Positions 30,671 through 40,472 of a stretch of DNA of 64,000 nt are shown in pieces. This DNA is from Chloroflexota bacterium (GTDB lineage: Bacteria > Chloroflexota > Ktedonobacteria > Ktedonobacterales > JADMIN01): contig JAKAIY010000001.1 of the NCBI GenBank assembly GCA_021814145.1, positions 18,094 through 82,093 on the forward strand, read 5' to 3'. The notes under the pieces were generated by a model, which was not told the DNA's origin, searched no databases, and saw only the letters and a program-made list of their open reading frames with translations. Numbering within the stretch: the stretch's first letter is position 1; the number at the start of each line of letters is the position of its first letter. Both the position numbers and the translations under genes were made by a program.

Positions 30671-30964
30671 ACTGGCTCCTTCAATCACCTGCGAACACCA
30701 ATCCAATCGCTTTTGAGCTGGGCGCGACCCACATGCCGCCTACCCAATCTCTCTTCATCATCATTCCCGACTAACTCGGGAGCCCCGCTCTCACGGGGAT
30801 CGCGCACATCGCGCGTCACAACGCCACCGGTGTGAATCAACCCTACAGTCCAAAGGGCAAGACGCGCTTACCAACCTTCAGAAGAAGCAAAGCTCGCAAT
30901 TCGGGGGCGCTCAACGTTCTAGTTTACCACATTGGGCCGCTCCCATGCCGAACGGAATGAGGTG

Positions 30965-31371
30965 ATGTCGCGACTTCACGACGAGGTTTGTATTCCTTCT
31001 TCCTTCCTCTCATACGACCCACGCCCATCCGGCTGCGCGATGTGAAAGCGTGTAAGCGTATAATGGAGGATGTGTTTGCACACCGCGCTGACATCATCTA
31101 TCTCGAAGATTTACGGATCGCCACCATGGTACGGAACCGGCGCCTAGCCAAGAGCATCAGTGATGCGGGCTGGGCGCAATTCCGTTCCATCCTCGAAGCC
31201 AAGGCAGTATGCGCCGGGCATCGGGTTGTCGCTGTACCCGCCCAGTACACCAGCCAGGATTGTAGCGGCTGTGGAACGCGCATTCCCAAATCTTTGAGCG
31301 TAGGCGCCCATGTCTGTCCCTCATGTGAGCTGGTCTTGGACCGCGACGAGAACGCGGCGCGCAACATCTAA
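30965..31371 (+). pseudogene. tnpB: TnpB (IS200/IS605-family OrfB) C-terminal remnant
   Basis: ADIIYLEDLRIATMVRNRRLAKSISDAGWAQFRSILEAKA...AQYTSQDCSGCGTRIPKSLSVGAHVCPSCELVLDRDENAARNI contains the RuvC-II/III and zinc-ribbon region of TnpB. The N-terminal part of the protein (very roughly 250 aa) is missing, and the sequence upstream of about 31050 is degenerate or frameshifted. Confidence 0.8.
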
Positions 31372-31466
31372 TGGGCCGGGCAGGCCCTTCGGGGAGTCGT
31401 GGCGTAGGCTACGGCGTCGAACCGAGAATCCGCCGGGCTTCAGCCCGTGCGGAGTGTCAACAACTT
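31372..31466 (+). mobile_element. IS605/IS1341-type right end (omega-RNA scaffold 3' portion)
   Basis: Hairpins GGGCC-gggca-GGCCC and CCGCCGGGC-ttca-GCCCGTGCGG, followed by AGTGTCAAC. The ...GAATCCnCCGGG..CCCG..GGAG.GTCAAC pattern resembles right ends of TnpB elements as I recall them. The exact terminus is uncertain. Confidence 0.55.
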
Positions 31467-31484
31467 GGTCCGTCATCTATCCGC

Positions 31485-32435
31485 ATGTTCACCTTACAGG
31501 AGTCACTTGTGACCAACCACACCACGCTGCCAGAACTGGGCGAGGCGCTCGCGCCTGAGCGTTGCTTCATGCATCTGGACGCTGAATACACCGACTTTGA
31601 CACGGCGCGGGTCGTTATCGCCTCGGTCCCGTTCGATGGCACGACCTGCTACCAGCCCGGCACGCGCGAGGGGCCGCGGGCCATCATTGACGCCTCGCGT
31701 AATCTGGAAGTTTACGACACTGAGCTCCGGCGCTCGCCCTATCGTGTTGGCATCCATACCCTGCGCGCGGTGGAGATTGTCAATGGCGACGCGGAAGCGA
31801 TGGCCAATCGCACGGAGCTTGTAACCGGGGCGCTGCTTGACCGGGGAAAGTTCGTCGTGACGCTTGGCGGTGATCACATGATCTCGATAGGCGTCATCCG
31901 CGCGTTCGCCCGCCGCTATTCCGGCATGAGCGTCCTGCAGTTCGACGCCCACGCTGACTTGCGCAACGAGTATGAGGGAGCGACGCATGGCGCGGCCACT
32001 ATCATGCGACGCGTCCTGGATGTCTGCCCGCGTACCGCGCAGGTTGGCATCCGCAGTTTCAGCGAGCCTGAGGCGGAGCTTGTGGCGGAGCGCAATTTGC
32101 CCATGTGGCTCGCCGCGGACATTCACGGGCGCCAGACACGCGGCGACCGGGGATGGATCGCGGAGGTGGTCAACGCGCTCTCAGACGAGGTCTATGTCAC
32201 CTTCGATGTTGACGCCTTCGATCCATCGCTGCTCCCCGGCACAGGCACGCCTGAGCCCGGTGGGCTTGGCTGGTATGACGCCATGGACCTGCTGACGGAG
32301 GTCGCGCGCAGCAAGACGATCATTGGCTGTGATGTCGTTGAGCTTTCGCCACTCCAGGAAAGCCACACGAGCCCGGTGATCGCCGCGAAGCTGGTCTATA
32401 AGCTCATCGGCCTGGCGACTCAAGAGCGCTCCTGA
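31485..32435 (+). CDS. speB: agmatinase (arginase/ureohydrolase family)
   Basis: GGDHMISIGVIRAF, LQFDAHADLRNEY and VYVTFDVDAFDPSLLPGTGTPEPGGL are Mn-binding ureohydrolase motifs. Start placed at ATG 31485. The track ORF from 31371 reads through the IS right end. Confidence 0.9.
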   Translation: MFTLQESLVTNHTTLPELGEALAPERCFMHLDAEYTDFDTARVVIASVPFDGTTCYQPGTREGPRAIIDASRNLEVYDTELRRSPYRVGIHTLRAVEIVNGDAEAMANRTELVTGALLDRGKFVVTLGGDHMISIGVIRAFARRYSGMSVLQFDAHADLRNEYEGATHGAATIMRRVLDVCPRTAQVGIRSFSEPEAELVAERNLPMWLAADIHGRQTRGDRGWIAEVVNALSDEVYVTFDVDAFDPSLLPGTGTPEPGGLGWYDAMDLLTEVARSKTIIGCDVVELSPLQESHTSPVIAAKLVYKLIGLATQERS

Positions 32436-33196
32436 GCCGTCTCACGCGGAGAGCCATCCTCCCGCGCTGGCGCTGGGCCTGATTCCCTGGGCGGTTGGGG
32501 CGCCGCGCGTCGCTGTCTCGCGGCGCGGTGGCGCCCAGTCGCGCTGGGTGAGCGTGTCTGCCTGAGGTCCACAAAGACGGCGCTTACCAGAGCCGCGTCA
32601 ATCAGCGCATAGAGCATCAGGGGCACCAGCCACGCGGCGGGCATGGAAAGCTCATTCGCCAGCGGAGCCGCGACCAGCGCGCCAATCACCATCAGCGCCA
32701 GCGCTGTCACGCTAAAGACCGCGCCGGGCAGGACGAACAACCGCCCCCAGCCCCGGCCAAACAGGCCCGCCATTAGTGTGATCAGCGCGAAGATTAGCGC
32801 TAGATAGTCTATGGCGAGAAAGCCCGCGCGCGCGGCGGTATCCAGCGCGCCCAGGAGCGCTGGTGTCGCCGGGCTGCTCAGCGCCTGTCCGGCCTGTATC
32901 AGCATGACCAGCCGCGCCAGGGAGACGAGCGCCGATCCCGACGCCCAGAGAGCGGCGAGTAGCGCCGCCACGGGCGCGATCGCCAGAACAAGGAACAAGG
33001 CGTATGTGATGATTGGCGCCGCGATCACTATCACCTGGCGCACAAAGGTGATCGCCAGGACGCGCGTAGCCAGAGCGGTTCGTGGCGCTGACGCGGGCCA
33101 CTGCCCCGAATCCGCTTCTTCTGGGCGGACGGAAGCTGCAGGGGGTAAGGCGGGCGAGGGATCAGGCGCGCGTTCATGACCGCTCATGCCAGCCAT
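32420..33196 (-). CDS. hypothetical polytopic membrane protein
   Basis: AAGGAGA RBS upstream of the ATG. About 6 hydrophobic helices. The 3' end overlaps the speB 3' end by 16 nt (convergent). Confidence 0.7.
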   Translation of the reverse strand: MAGMSGHERAPDPSPALPPAASVRPEEADSGQWPASAPRTALATRVLAITFVRQVIVIAAPIITYALFLVLAIAPVAALLAALWASGSALVSLARLVMLIQAGQALSSPATPALLGALDTAARAGFLAIDYLALIFALITLMAGLFGRGWGRLFVLPGAVFSVTALALMVIGALVAAPLANELSMPAAWLVPLMLYALIDAALVSAVFVDLRQTRSPSATGRHRAARQRRAAPQPPRESGPAPAREDGSPRETAQERS

Positions 33197-33444
33197 CGCG
33201 TATTCTCCTTATGAGCGCGCTCGCGCATGCGGACGGCCTGGCGGAACGCGGCTCAGCGCCGTGGCTGCCGGCTCCTTGCCGGCGTTTTCTCATGTGAGGC
33301 CACTACGCGCATCCAGTCCACCTGGCCCCACAAAGTGTGCTAGCATATTTAACAAGATAGACGCTCAAAACGCCGTTTGTGTTTCATGGCATCTGCCGTC
33401 TGGTGAAACGCGGCGTTCATGCGGGTCAACGAGGACACTGTTCT

Positions 33445-34821
33445 ATGAGCGCATCCCATACACCATCCACTTCATCCAATAGCGCTTCACGCGTCGCCAG
33501 GTCCGCCCGAGAGCGCGACGGGGCCTCGGAGCCTGAGGCTGCCACACCCACCGGCGCTGTCCCATCCGATGAGGCGGGCGCGGAGGATATGCGCGCGCCA
33601 ACGATTCAGGATGTCTGGCGCGCCCAGGACATCGTGCGGCCGCACGTGTATCACACGCCGCTGCTCCATTCGCGCACGCTCAGCGCGATGACTGGCGCGA
33701 CGGTCTATCTCAAGGCCGAGAATCTTCAACGCGCCGGCTCGTACAAAGTGCGTGGCGCGACGTACAAGCTCTCGCGGCTCACCGCCGAGGAGAGAGCGCG
33801 CGGCGTTATCGCGGCATCAGCGGGCAACCATGCGCAAGGTGTCGCCATCGCCGCCCGCGCGCTGGGCATCTCGTGCGCGATTGTTATGCCCACGACCGCG
33901 CCGCTGGCCAAGATCACCGCTACGGAGAGCTATGGCGCGAATGTAATCCTGGCAGGCGCGACATATAACGACGCCTACGAACGGGCCCGCGAGATTCAGG
34001 CCGAGACTGGCGCGATCTATATCCATGCCTTCGATGATCCTGACATCATCGCCGGACAGGGAACCGTGGGGCTGGAGATCCTCACCGACCTGCCGGATGT
34101 TGAGGCGATTGTGGCCCCAATTGGTGGCGGCGGGCTGATTTCTGGCATCGCGATAGCGGTCAAGGCGCTGAAGCCTGATGTGCGCATCATTGGCGTGGAA
34201 GCGGCGGGCGCGGCGGCCATGCGCGACTCGCTGGCGGCGGGCCATCTCATCAAGCTGGAAACACTCTCGACAGTCGCTGACGGTATCGCCGTCAAGGCGC
34301 CAGGCGAGCGCACATTCGCCATCGCCCGCAAGCTGGTGGATGCGGTGGTCACCGTCGAGGATGATGACATCATCCGCACGGTGCTGCTGCTGATGGAGCG
34401 CGGCAAGCTGGTGGTGGAAGGCGCTGGCGCGGCCGCCGCGGCTGCGCTGCTCTCCGGCGCGATCGCGCTTCCGGGGATGCGCACGGCGGTCGTGTTGAGC
34501 GGCGGCAATATAGACATGAACCTCGTAGGCCGCTTCATCGCTCACGGACTCGCCATCCAGGGACGCTACCTGGCGCTGCGCACACTCCTGATAGACCGTC
34601 CAGGGGAACTGCTGCGGCTGCTCTCCATCATCGCTGAGCAGAACACCAATGTGCTTGATGTCGCCCACCATCGCGCCGCGCCGCACGCTCCAATCCAGCA
34701 TGTGGAGGTATCGCTGACGCTGGAGACGCGCAACCGCGAGCATTGCGACCAACTCATCCAGTCGCTGCGCGATCAGGGCTTTTCTGTGGTGGAAGAGACA
34801 TCAGTATTCGCTCATCCCTAG
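33445..34821 (+). CDS. ilvA: threonine ammonia-lyase (threonine dehydratase) with a C-terminal ACT-like domain
   Basis: HTPLLHSRTLSAMTGATVYLKAENLQRAGSYKVRGATYKL (PLP lysine), and SAGNHAQGVA. Start placed at ATG 33445 (GAGGA upstream). The longest ORF starts at 33379. Confidence 0.9.
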   Translation: MSASHTPSTSSNSASRVARSARERDGASEPEAATPTGAVPSDEAGAEDMRAPTIQDVWRAQDIVRPHVYHTPLLHSRTLSAMTGATVYLKAENLQRAGSYKVRGATYKLSRLTAEERARGVIAASAGNHAQGVAIAARALGISCAIVMPTTAPLAKITATESYGANVILAGATYNDAYERAREIQAETGAIYIHAFDDPDIIAGQGTVGLEILTDLPDVEAIVAPIGGGGLISGIAIAVKALKPDVRIIGVEAAGAAAMRDSLAAGHLIKLETLSTVADGIAVKAPGERTFAIARKLVDAVVTVEDDDIIRTVLLLMERGKLVVEGAGAAAAAALLSGAIALPGMRTAVVLSGGNIDMNLVGRFIAHGLAIQGRYLALRTLLIDRPGELLRLLSIIAEQNTNVLDVAHHRAAPHAPIQHVEVSLTLETRNREHCDQLIQSLRDQGFSVVEETSVFAHP

Positions 34822-34828
34822 CAGGATG

Positions 34829-35398
34829 TCATGGCGTGGCGACCCGCGCCGTGGCGTCAAGCGCATGCCGTAGCTCCCACGCCCAGGCGTCGGCCTCGGT
34901 CTGGCTCATCGTTCCGGCATGCGCTTCAGCCTCCGCCAGTGGCCTGAGGTTCCCCTGAAGGCGAGCGTAGCCGGAGAAGCCGCGTGTGGCGGGCGTCTCG
35001 CAGATCAGGCGGATAATCATCCAGTAGAGCGCGGCGCAGCCGCGAATGTCCCCACTGTTGTAGCGTGGCGCGCCTACATTGATGGTATCGCCGATCAGGT
35101 CCGCGACATCCTGAAAGGACGAGAAGCCGGTGATCTCGGGCAGCTCCGCTAGCAGCGCCAGCCGCCAGCGCGCCTGATCGGCGCCGCCCAGCGCGTCTAT
35201 GGGGAGCCGGGCGCCCTGGTTAGCCAGCGTCAGCGCCACCCGCTCCCAGGCGCGTGGCTGGTCACTCTCCGCCAGCGCCAGCCGGAGGCTGACCAGCGCG
35301 ACTTCGTGGACAGCGGTCTGGGCCGCGGAGCCTGCGCTGAACGCGCGCCCCCGTGTGTCAGCCTCCATCGCGATCTGGCGTAATGTCGAATGACGCAT
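34829..35398 (-). CDS. hypothetical protein (189 aa)
   Basis: GGAGGA RBS upstream of ATG 35398. The longest ORF reaches 35530. No family recognised. Confidence 0.5.
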   Translation of the reverse strand: MRHSTLRQIAMEADTRGRAFSAGSAAQTAVHEVALVSLRLALAESDQPRAWERVALTLANQGARLPIDALGGADQARWRLALLAELPEITGFSSFQDVADLIGDTINVGAPRYNSGDIRGCAALYWMIIRLICETPATRGFSGYARLQGNLRPLAEAEAHAGTMSQTEADAWAWELRHALDATARVATP

Positions 35399-35820
35399 GA
35401 ATGGCTTCCTCCAAGGGTATTTCTTTCTCTGGAGGCTATTTGTCCAAGCCATCCAGAGCATATGGCGTCGCCAGTATCTGTCTATAACCGGACCGCTATA
35501 ATCATGATACTTTGAACAAACCATGAACAAGATATGGGATCATTTTCTCTTTCGCGTCTATCAGCGCCGGTTTTCGCTGGACCATAAGCTAGATGTCGTT
35601 CTTTGACGTCCGGCTTGTCGCGCTACGGGGCGCATGCCATCGCGCCATACTCCCTGGCTTTTCAGGCGGGGGGAACGTGAGAACGGAGAGGCGTTTTTAT
35701 GCGCTGTTTTTGCACAGACAGCCTCATGCAGTGTACACTAGCCATTGTGCCTTATAGCCCAGACTGCGCGCTGAGCAGGCGATTCGCGGCGTAACGAGCA
35801 TCATATGGAGAAATTGAAAA

Positions 35821-36942
35821 ATGGCATCAGGGCGTTTGTTGCAGCCAAAACCTATACCTGCGGAGTTAAGTGTCGCCGATCTGGTAGATCAATTTTTCTT
35901 CGCCTACAACGCCGCGCGCTTGAGTGAAGCCTGCCAGCTCATGACCCAGAAGGTGCTGCGTCCCAATGTAACCGTGGGCTTGACCCTCTCGGGCGCGCTC
36001 ACGCCCGCCGGGCTGGGCTACGCGGCGATTGTGCCCCTCATCGAGGCGGGCTTTGTTGACTGGATCGTCTCCACGGGCGCGAATCTCTATCATGATATGC
36101 ACCGCTCACTTGGGCATCAGCTCTATCAGGCCGGCCCCGTCTTTGACGATCTGGCGCTGCATCGCGAGAAAGTGGTGCGCATCTATGACATCGTGTTTGA
36201 TTACGATGTGCTGCTCCAGACAGACGCCTTCCTGTATCGCTGCCTCGAGTCGCCTGAATTCCAGCGGCGTATGAGCACCTCGGAACTGCACTACCGGCTG
36301 GGCGCCTACACCCTGGAGCGGGAGCGGGCGCTGGGCCTACCATACCGCTCAGTGCTCTCCGCCGCGCACCTCGCGGACGTGCCCGTCTATACATCAAGTC
36401 CGGGGGACTCGACGATTGGCATGAACATCGCCGCGTTGCGCGCCAACGGGTATGAGGTGGGCTGTGACACCGAGGCGGATGTCATTGAGACCACCGCGAT
36501 CGTTTATAACGCCAAGCGTGATGGCGGCGAAAGCGCGGTCATCGTCTTTGGCGGCGGCAGCCCCAAGAACTTCGCCCTCCAGACTGAGCCGCAGCTTCAG
36601 GAGGTGCTGGGCGTCGAGGAGAAAGGGCACGACTACTTCGTGCAATTCACCGACGCCCGACCGGATACAGGTGGCCTTTCGGGCGCCACACCTAGCGAGG
36701 CGGTGACGTGGGGTAAGGTTGACCCGGAGATGCTGCCCAATGCCGTCGTCGCCTACGTTGATAGCACCATCGCGCTGCCTATCATGACTTCCTACGTGCT
36801 CGCCCGCTGCGAGAAGCGCACGCCCAAGCGGCTCTATCAGCGGCGCGCGGATCTGGTAGAGTCGCTGCTGAGCGTCTACCGGGCGAAGTGGGCTGAAGTG
36901 AAGCCACGCGAACAGCCCAAGAAGTCGCACAATCCCCTGTAG
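35821..36942 (+). CDS. deoxyhypusine synthase-like protein (possible homospermidine synthase)
   Basis: [23 protein letters not shown] and [24 protein letters not shown] resemble the DHS family NAD/spermidine-site regions. Confidence 0.8.
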   Translation: MASGRLLQPKPIPAELSVADLVDQFFFAYNAARLSEACQLMTQKVLRPNVTVGLTLSGALTPAGLGYAAIVPLIEAGFVDWIVSTGANLYHDMHRSLGHQLYQAGPVFDDLALHREKVVRIYDIVFDYDVLLQTDAFLYRCLESPEFQRRMSTSELHYRLGAYTLERERALGLPYRSVLSAAHLADVPVYTSSPGDSTIGMNIAALRANGYEVGCDTEADVIETTAIVYNAKRDGGESAVIVFGGGSPKNFALQTEPQLQEVLGVEEKGHDYFVQFTDARPDTGGLSGATPSEAVTWGKVDPEMLPNAVVAYVDSTIALPIMTSYVLARCEKRTPKRLYQRRADLVESLLSVYRAKWAEVKPREQPKKSHNPL

Positions 36943-37009
36943 CGCGAGCGTTGCCCGTGGCGATGCGGCGCTGTTGATGCGGCGGCGCTGAATACGGCGC
37001 CGCGCCCCA

Positions 37010-37477
37010 TCACGCCTCACTCACAGGCAGAGCGATGGATGCGCCAGTCGCGGCGCTAGCTTCCAGAGGCTCCGGCGCCGCTGGCCATTCGCCCGCGCGC
37101 TGGTAGAGCCTGTCCTCAGCGGCCTGCACTGCCGCAAGGAGCGACAGGATCGAGTGAGGCAATGGCAGGATCACAGCGTCAAGGGCCACCGCGCTGGCGG
37201 TGAGGGCGCTGGCGTCCTGGGGCGAAGAAGCGATGAGCACATAAGCGCGCTGTGACAGAAGCGTGTCGCCGCCCGCCCGATCATGGATAGCATTGGCGGC
37301 CAGGAAGCCGAACCGCTCATCCAGGATCGCCACTAACGGCCTTTCCACTGTCCTGAGTGCGGCCAGCGCGAGCGCGTCATCAGCGGTTGTGACAACGGAG
37401 TGGCCCCCCTTACGCAGCGGCGCGGCCAGCGCATCGCGGGTCGGAGTTTCAGTACTGGCAATGAGAACGTGGGCCAT
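37010..37477 (-). CDS. receiver-like (possibly pseudo-receiver) domain protein
   Basis: AGGAGG RBS upstream of ATG 37477. MAHVLIASTETPTRDALAAPLRKGGHSVVTTADDALALAALRTVERPLVAILDERF has a CheY-like pattern but lacks the N-terminal acidic DD pair. Confidence 0.5.
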   Translation of the reverse strand: MAHVLIASTETPTRDALAAPLRKGGHSVVTTADDALALAALRTVERPLVAILDERFGFLAANAIHDRAGGDTLLSQRAYVLIASSPQDASALTASAVALDAVILPLPHSILSLLAAVQAAEDRLYQRAGEWPAAPEPLEASAATGASIALPVSEA

Positions 37478-37906
37478 GGGACGCCTCCTGTCCATTTTCC
37501 TCACATCTCCCCCACTTCCGCTGGCCCGATCCTGCGCCAAGCAGGCCTGGTTGGTTTTTCTACGCCTGCTCCATGGGCCGAGATTCCTGAATGGAGAGAG
37601 GATAGCCCGCCTGTATCACTGGATTGTCACAGCGCGGAGCGGTTGACGCACATCGGTATCACATTCGCGTCACTGGCGCCAGACTGCACAAGCCAGGCAG
37701 ACGGCGAGCGATGTGGGCTTCAGAGCGACCGCAAGATGGGGCCTCGAGCATTCCTGGCCGGGAAGCCCGTGACAGTGGCGTGAGGCCAATGCCGGTCGCT
37801 GTGATGTCCTGGTGATGCGGACTGGATATTTTTTCGCATAGCAGTATTGAGCGCCCTGGAGGGACGAAAGACGCGGGTATGGCAGATGACGAGAAGGAGG
37901 CCGGAC

Positions 37907-38170
37907 ATGTTGCCCTGGGAGCGAATGGCGCGGGAACGCCGGGAGCGGGAACGGATGTTGCGGGCGGCAGCCATAGAGGAGCAGTTCACGCCGGAGATAC
38001 TTGCGAAGCTCACGGCGTTACGCGCGCGTTTCTGCGGCCACCCGGAATGGATCGAGTTTACGCTGGAGGAGCGGCGTCTGGTCTTTGCCCGCTGGTTGGT
38101 AGAGCAGGGCCGGCTGAGCGATGATATAAAGGTGGGGAATGGAGAGGAAAAGCGTTCCCGCCCTCGTTAG
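37907..38170 (+). CDS. hypothetical small protein (87 aa)
   Basis: AAGGAGG 6 nt upstream of ATG 37907. Arg/Glu-rich N-terminus. No family recognised. Confidence 0.5.
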   Translation: MLPWERMARERRERERMLRAAAIEEQFTPEILAKLTALRARFCGHPEWIEFTLEERRLVFARWLVEQGRLSDDIKVGNGEEKRSRPR

Positions 38171-38350
38171 AGCAAATCTGCAAAAGGTTGAGCAGACGTA
38201 CTGTGGTCGATAGCTCGCCAGAGCATGCCTGATCGCCAGCTGTATGCTACACCTTTCTGCACTTTGCTGTAGCGGCGTAGCGATGGCCAGCCGATGGAAC
38301 CGGAGATACCCGGCGCCAGCGGCTGGCCCCATCCGTCGCTTCGTTAAAAC

Positions 38351-39229
38351 TCAGCTCTCTTCATCCCGTCCCGCAAGCGCTTTTTGCCGGCGCTTGCTTC
38401 CGCCACGCATGTAATCGTAGCCGAAACGGCCCTTGACGCAGAGGAAGCCATGCGTCACCGAATTCTCGCGAGGCGAGGACACCTTGACGATCTGGTTGTC
38501 CTGCACATGCAGGTCCAGCTCACACCCCACACCGCAGTAGGAGCAGATTGTAACGACCTCCTTCTGCCGCGATTCGTCCCAGGTTCCATCACGGCGCATC
38601 TCGAACTCGGTGCGGCCCAGCAGCGCGCCTGTGGGGCAGACCGCCACGCAGTTGCCGCAATAGACGCACGGTGACTCTCCTAGCGGGACGTCGAATCCGG
38701 TGTCAATGTGCGCGCCGAAGCCGCGACCGGCGGCCGTGAGCGCGAACGTATGCTGCACATCCGAGCCGCACGCCTCGACGCATTTGTAGCAGAGGATGCA
38801 CCGCGCATAGTCGCGCACATAGAGCCAGTTGTCCGAATCCCGCGGTGGCTGCTCGACGGTAGCGCCTCCGTAGCGGTCCGGCTGGGCGTCGTAACGCGGC
38901 GCGAATTTCCCGATAGTCGCCGCCAGGCTGGTATCCACTGACGACTGGAGAAGCTCGATCACGCCCTTGCGCGCCCGACGCACCCGTGGCGAATCCGTGA
39001 GCACCTCCATGCCATTCTCCGCGGCGCGCGAGCACGAAGGGGTCAATACGCGGCTTCCCTTCAGCTCCACCACACAGACCCGGCATGCGCTAGGCTGGGT
39101 GAGGCTGGGATCAAAGCAGAGCGTCGGCGTCTCGATACCCAACGCTGTGATGGCGTCCAGCAAGGTCGCTCCAGATGGAACCGTGACTTGCTGGCCATCA
39201 ACCGTCAACGTTACCTGCTCAGGCATCAT
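38351..39229 (-). CDS. formate dehydrogenase alpha subunit, N-terminal Fe-S module only (NuoG-like 2Fe-2S and 4Fe-4S domains plus the molybdopterin-type 4Fe-4S domain)
   Basis: VTLTVDGQQVTVPSGATLLDAI...CRVCVVEL (2Fe-2S), CILCYKCVEAC and CVYCGNCVAVCPTGAL (4Fe-4S), and TICSYCGVGCELDLHV...LCVKGRFGYDYM (Mo-bisPGD N-terminal cluster). The ORF then stops after a 17-aa basic tail. Confidence 0.85.
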   Translation of the reverse strand: MMPEQVTLTVDGQQVTVPSGATLLDAITALGIETPTLCFDPSLTQPSACRVCVVELKGSRVLTPSCSRAAENGMEVLTDSPRVRRARKGVIELLQSSVDTSLAATIGKFAPRYDAQPDRYGGATVEQPPRDSDNWLYVRDYARCILCYKCVEACGSDVQHTFALTAAGRGFGAHIDTGFDVPLGESPCVYCGNCVAVCPTGALLGRTEFEMRRDGTWDESRQKEVVTICSYCGVGCELDLHVQDNQIVKVSSPRENSVTHGFLCVKGRFGYDYMRGGSKRRQKALAGRDEES

Positions 39230-40472
39230 GACCTCCCACGCCCGCTGGCAGCGGGAATGTGTTGAGGGCGCTCAGGACGGCGCTCGATGCGGTCTGCCCC
39301 AATCCACAGATTGAAGCGTCTGTCATTACCGCTCCAAGTTCCCGCAGCAGCGCGACATCGCCAGGGCGGCTTTCACCCGCCGTCATGCGCTCCAGAATCT
39401 CCATTTGCCGTTGGGTGCCAACACGGCACGGCACGCACTGGCCGCACGACTCCTCGGCGAAGAACTCGGCGAGTTGCCGTGTGACATTCCACATGTCAAC
39501 GGTCTCATTGAACACGACCACTGAGCCTGCGCCGATCGTCAGCCCCAGTGGCGCCAGCGTCTCTGGCAGCAGCGGTATATCTAGGTGGCTGGACGTCATG
39601 AACGCGCCCGCCGCGCCGCCGACCAGCGCCGCTTGCAGCGAGTGGCCGCCCGCTACACCGCCTGCCAGATCAAGGAGATCACGCAGCGTGCCGCCTGTCG
39701 CCACCTCATACACACCTGGACGGGCGATATGCCCGCTCAGCGAGAAGAGCTTCGGCCCGGTGAACGCCGGGGCGCCGATCTGGGCGTAGGCGTCACCACC
39801 CATGCGCACGATATGCGGCACGTTCGCCATGGTTTCCACGTTGTTGATGACCGTGGGCAGGTAGAACGCCCCGGATGTGACCGGGAACGGGGGTTTCATG
39901 CGTGGCTCGCCGCGCCGGCCTTCCAGTGAGTTGAACAGCGCCGTCTCTTCGCCGCAGATATAGGCGCCGCCACCCCGTCGCACCTCAATATCGAATGGCT
40001 GCCCTGAGCCCAGCACACTCGCGCCGAGATAGCCGCGAGCGCGCGCCGCTTCTACCGCCGCCTGGAAGCGGCGCGCCGCGAGCGCGTATTCGCCTCTGAT
40101 ATAGGCGTAGCCCTGCGCGCTGCCGATCGCCAGCCCCGCGATGGCCATCGCTTCCACCAGCGCGAAAGGATCCTCTTCGAGCAGTTTGCGGTCTTTGAAC
40201 GCGCCCGGCTCGCTTTCGTCCGCGTTGAGCACGACATATTTCCGGGCGCCCGGAGCGGCGCGCACCGTCGCCCATTTGCGCCCCATCGGGAAAAGCGCGC
40301 CGCCACGTCCCAGCAGCCGTGAGCGCGTCACCTGGTCTATCGTCCACTCGGGGCCAGCTTCCACCGCATGGCGGAGCGCCGTGAAGCCGTCCCGCGCCTC
40401 GTAGTCTGTGATACTGTCGGGATCCACCACACCGCAGCGGGCGAGCAGCAAATTAAGCGTCTGCGCGGCCAT
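39219..40472 (-). CDS. NADH dehydrogenase subunit F-like (FdsB-type NAD/FMN-binding subunit)
   Basis: GRGGALFPMGRKW, GGGAYICGEETALFNSLEGRRGEPR and ESCGQCVPCRVGT are NuoF motifs. It overlaps both neighbouring genes by 11 to 20 nt. Confidence 0.9.
   Translation of the reverse strand: MAAQTLNLLLARCGVVDPDSITDYEARDGFTALRHAVEAGPEWTIDQVTRSRLLGRGGALFPMGRKWATVRAAPGARKYVVLNADESEPGAFKDRKLLEEDPFALVEAMAIAGLAIGSAQGYAYIRGEYALAARRFQAAVEAARARGYLGASVLGSGQPFDIEVRRGGGAYICGEETALFNSLEGRRGEPRMKPPFPVTSGAFYLPTVINNVETMANVPHIVRMGGDAYAQIGAPAFTGPKLFSLSGHIARPGVYEVATGGTLRDLLDLAGGVAGGHSLQAALVGGAAGAFMTSSHLDIPLLPETLAPLGLTIGAGSVVVFNETVDMWNVTRQLAEFFAEESCGQCVPCRVGTQRQMEILERMTAGESRPGDVALLRELGAVMTDASICGLGQTASSAVLSALNTFPLPAGVGGHDA

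Noticed and set aside
29800-30835. Regular 27/54-bp repeat array considered as a CRISPR array or as alternative-frame genes (ORFs 29800..30441 minus, 29882..30835 plus, 29899..30480 plus)
   Set aside because: The units are directly adjacent with no unique spacers. They are in frame with the RRM domain and encode a coherent ERPPRREY repeat. The other frames are open only because the repeat lacks stop codons.
31371-31484. N-terminal 38 codons of the track ORF 31371..32435 (agmatinase)
   Set aside because: This stretch reads through the structured IS right end. Its product (MGRAGPSGSRGVGYGVEPRIRRASARAEC...) is not agmatinase-like, and ureohydrolase similarity starts after ATG 31485.
33817-34752. 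311-aa minus-strand ORF opposite ilvA, and 34017..34538
   Set aside because: It is antisense to a gene with an unambiguous PLP-dependent threonine dehydratase signature, and its composition is low-complexity.
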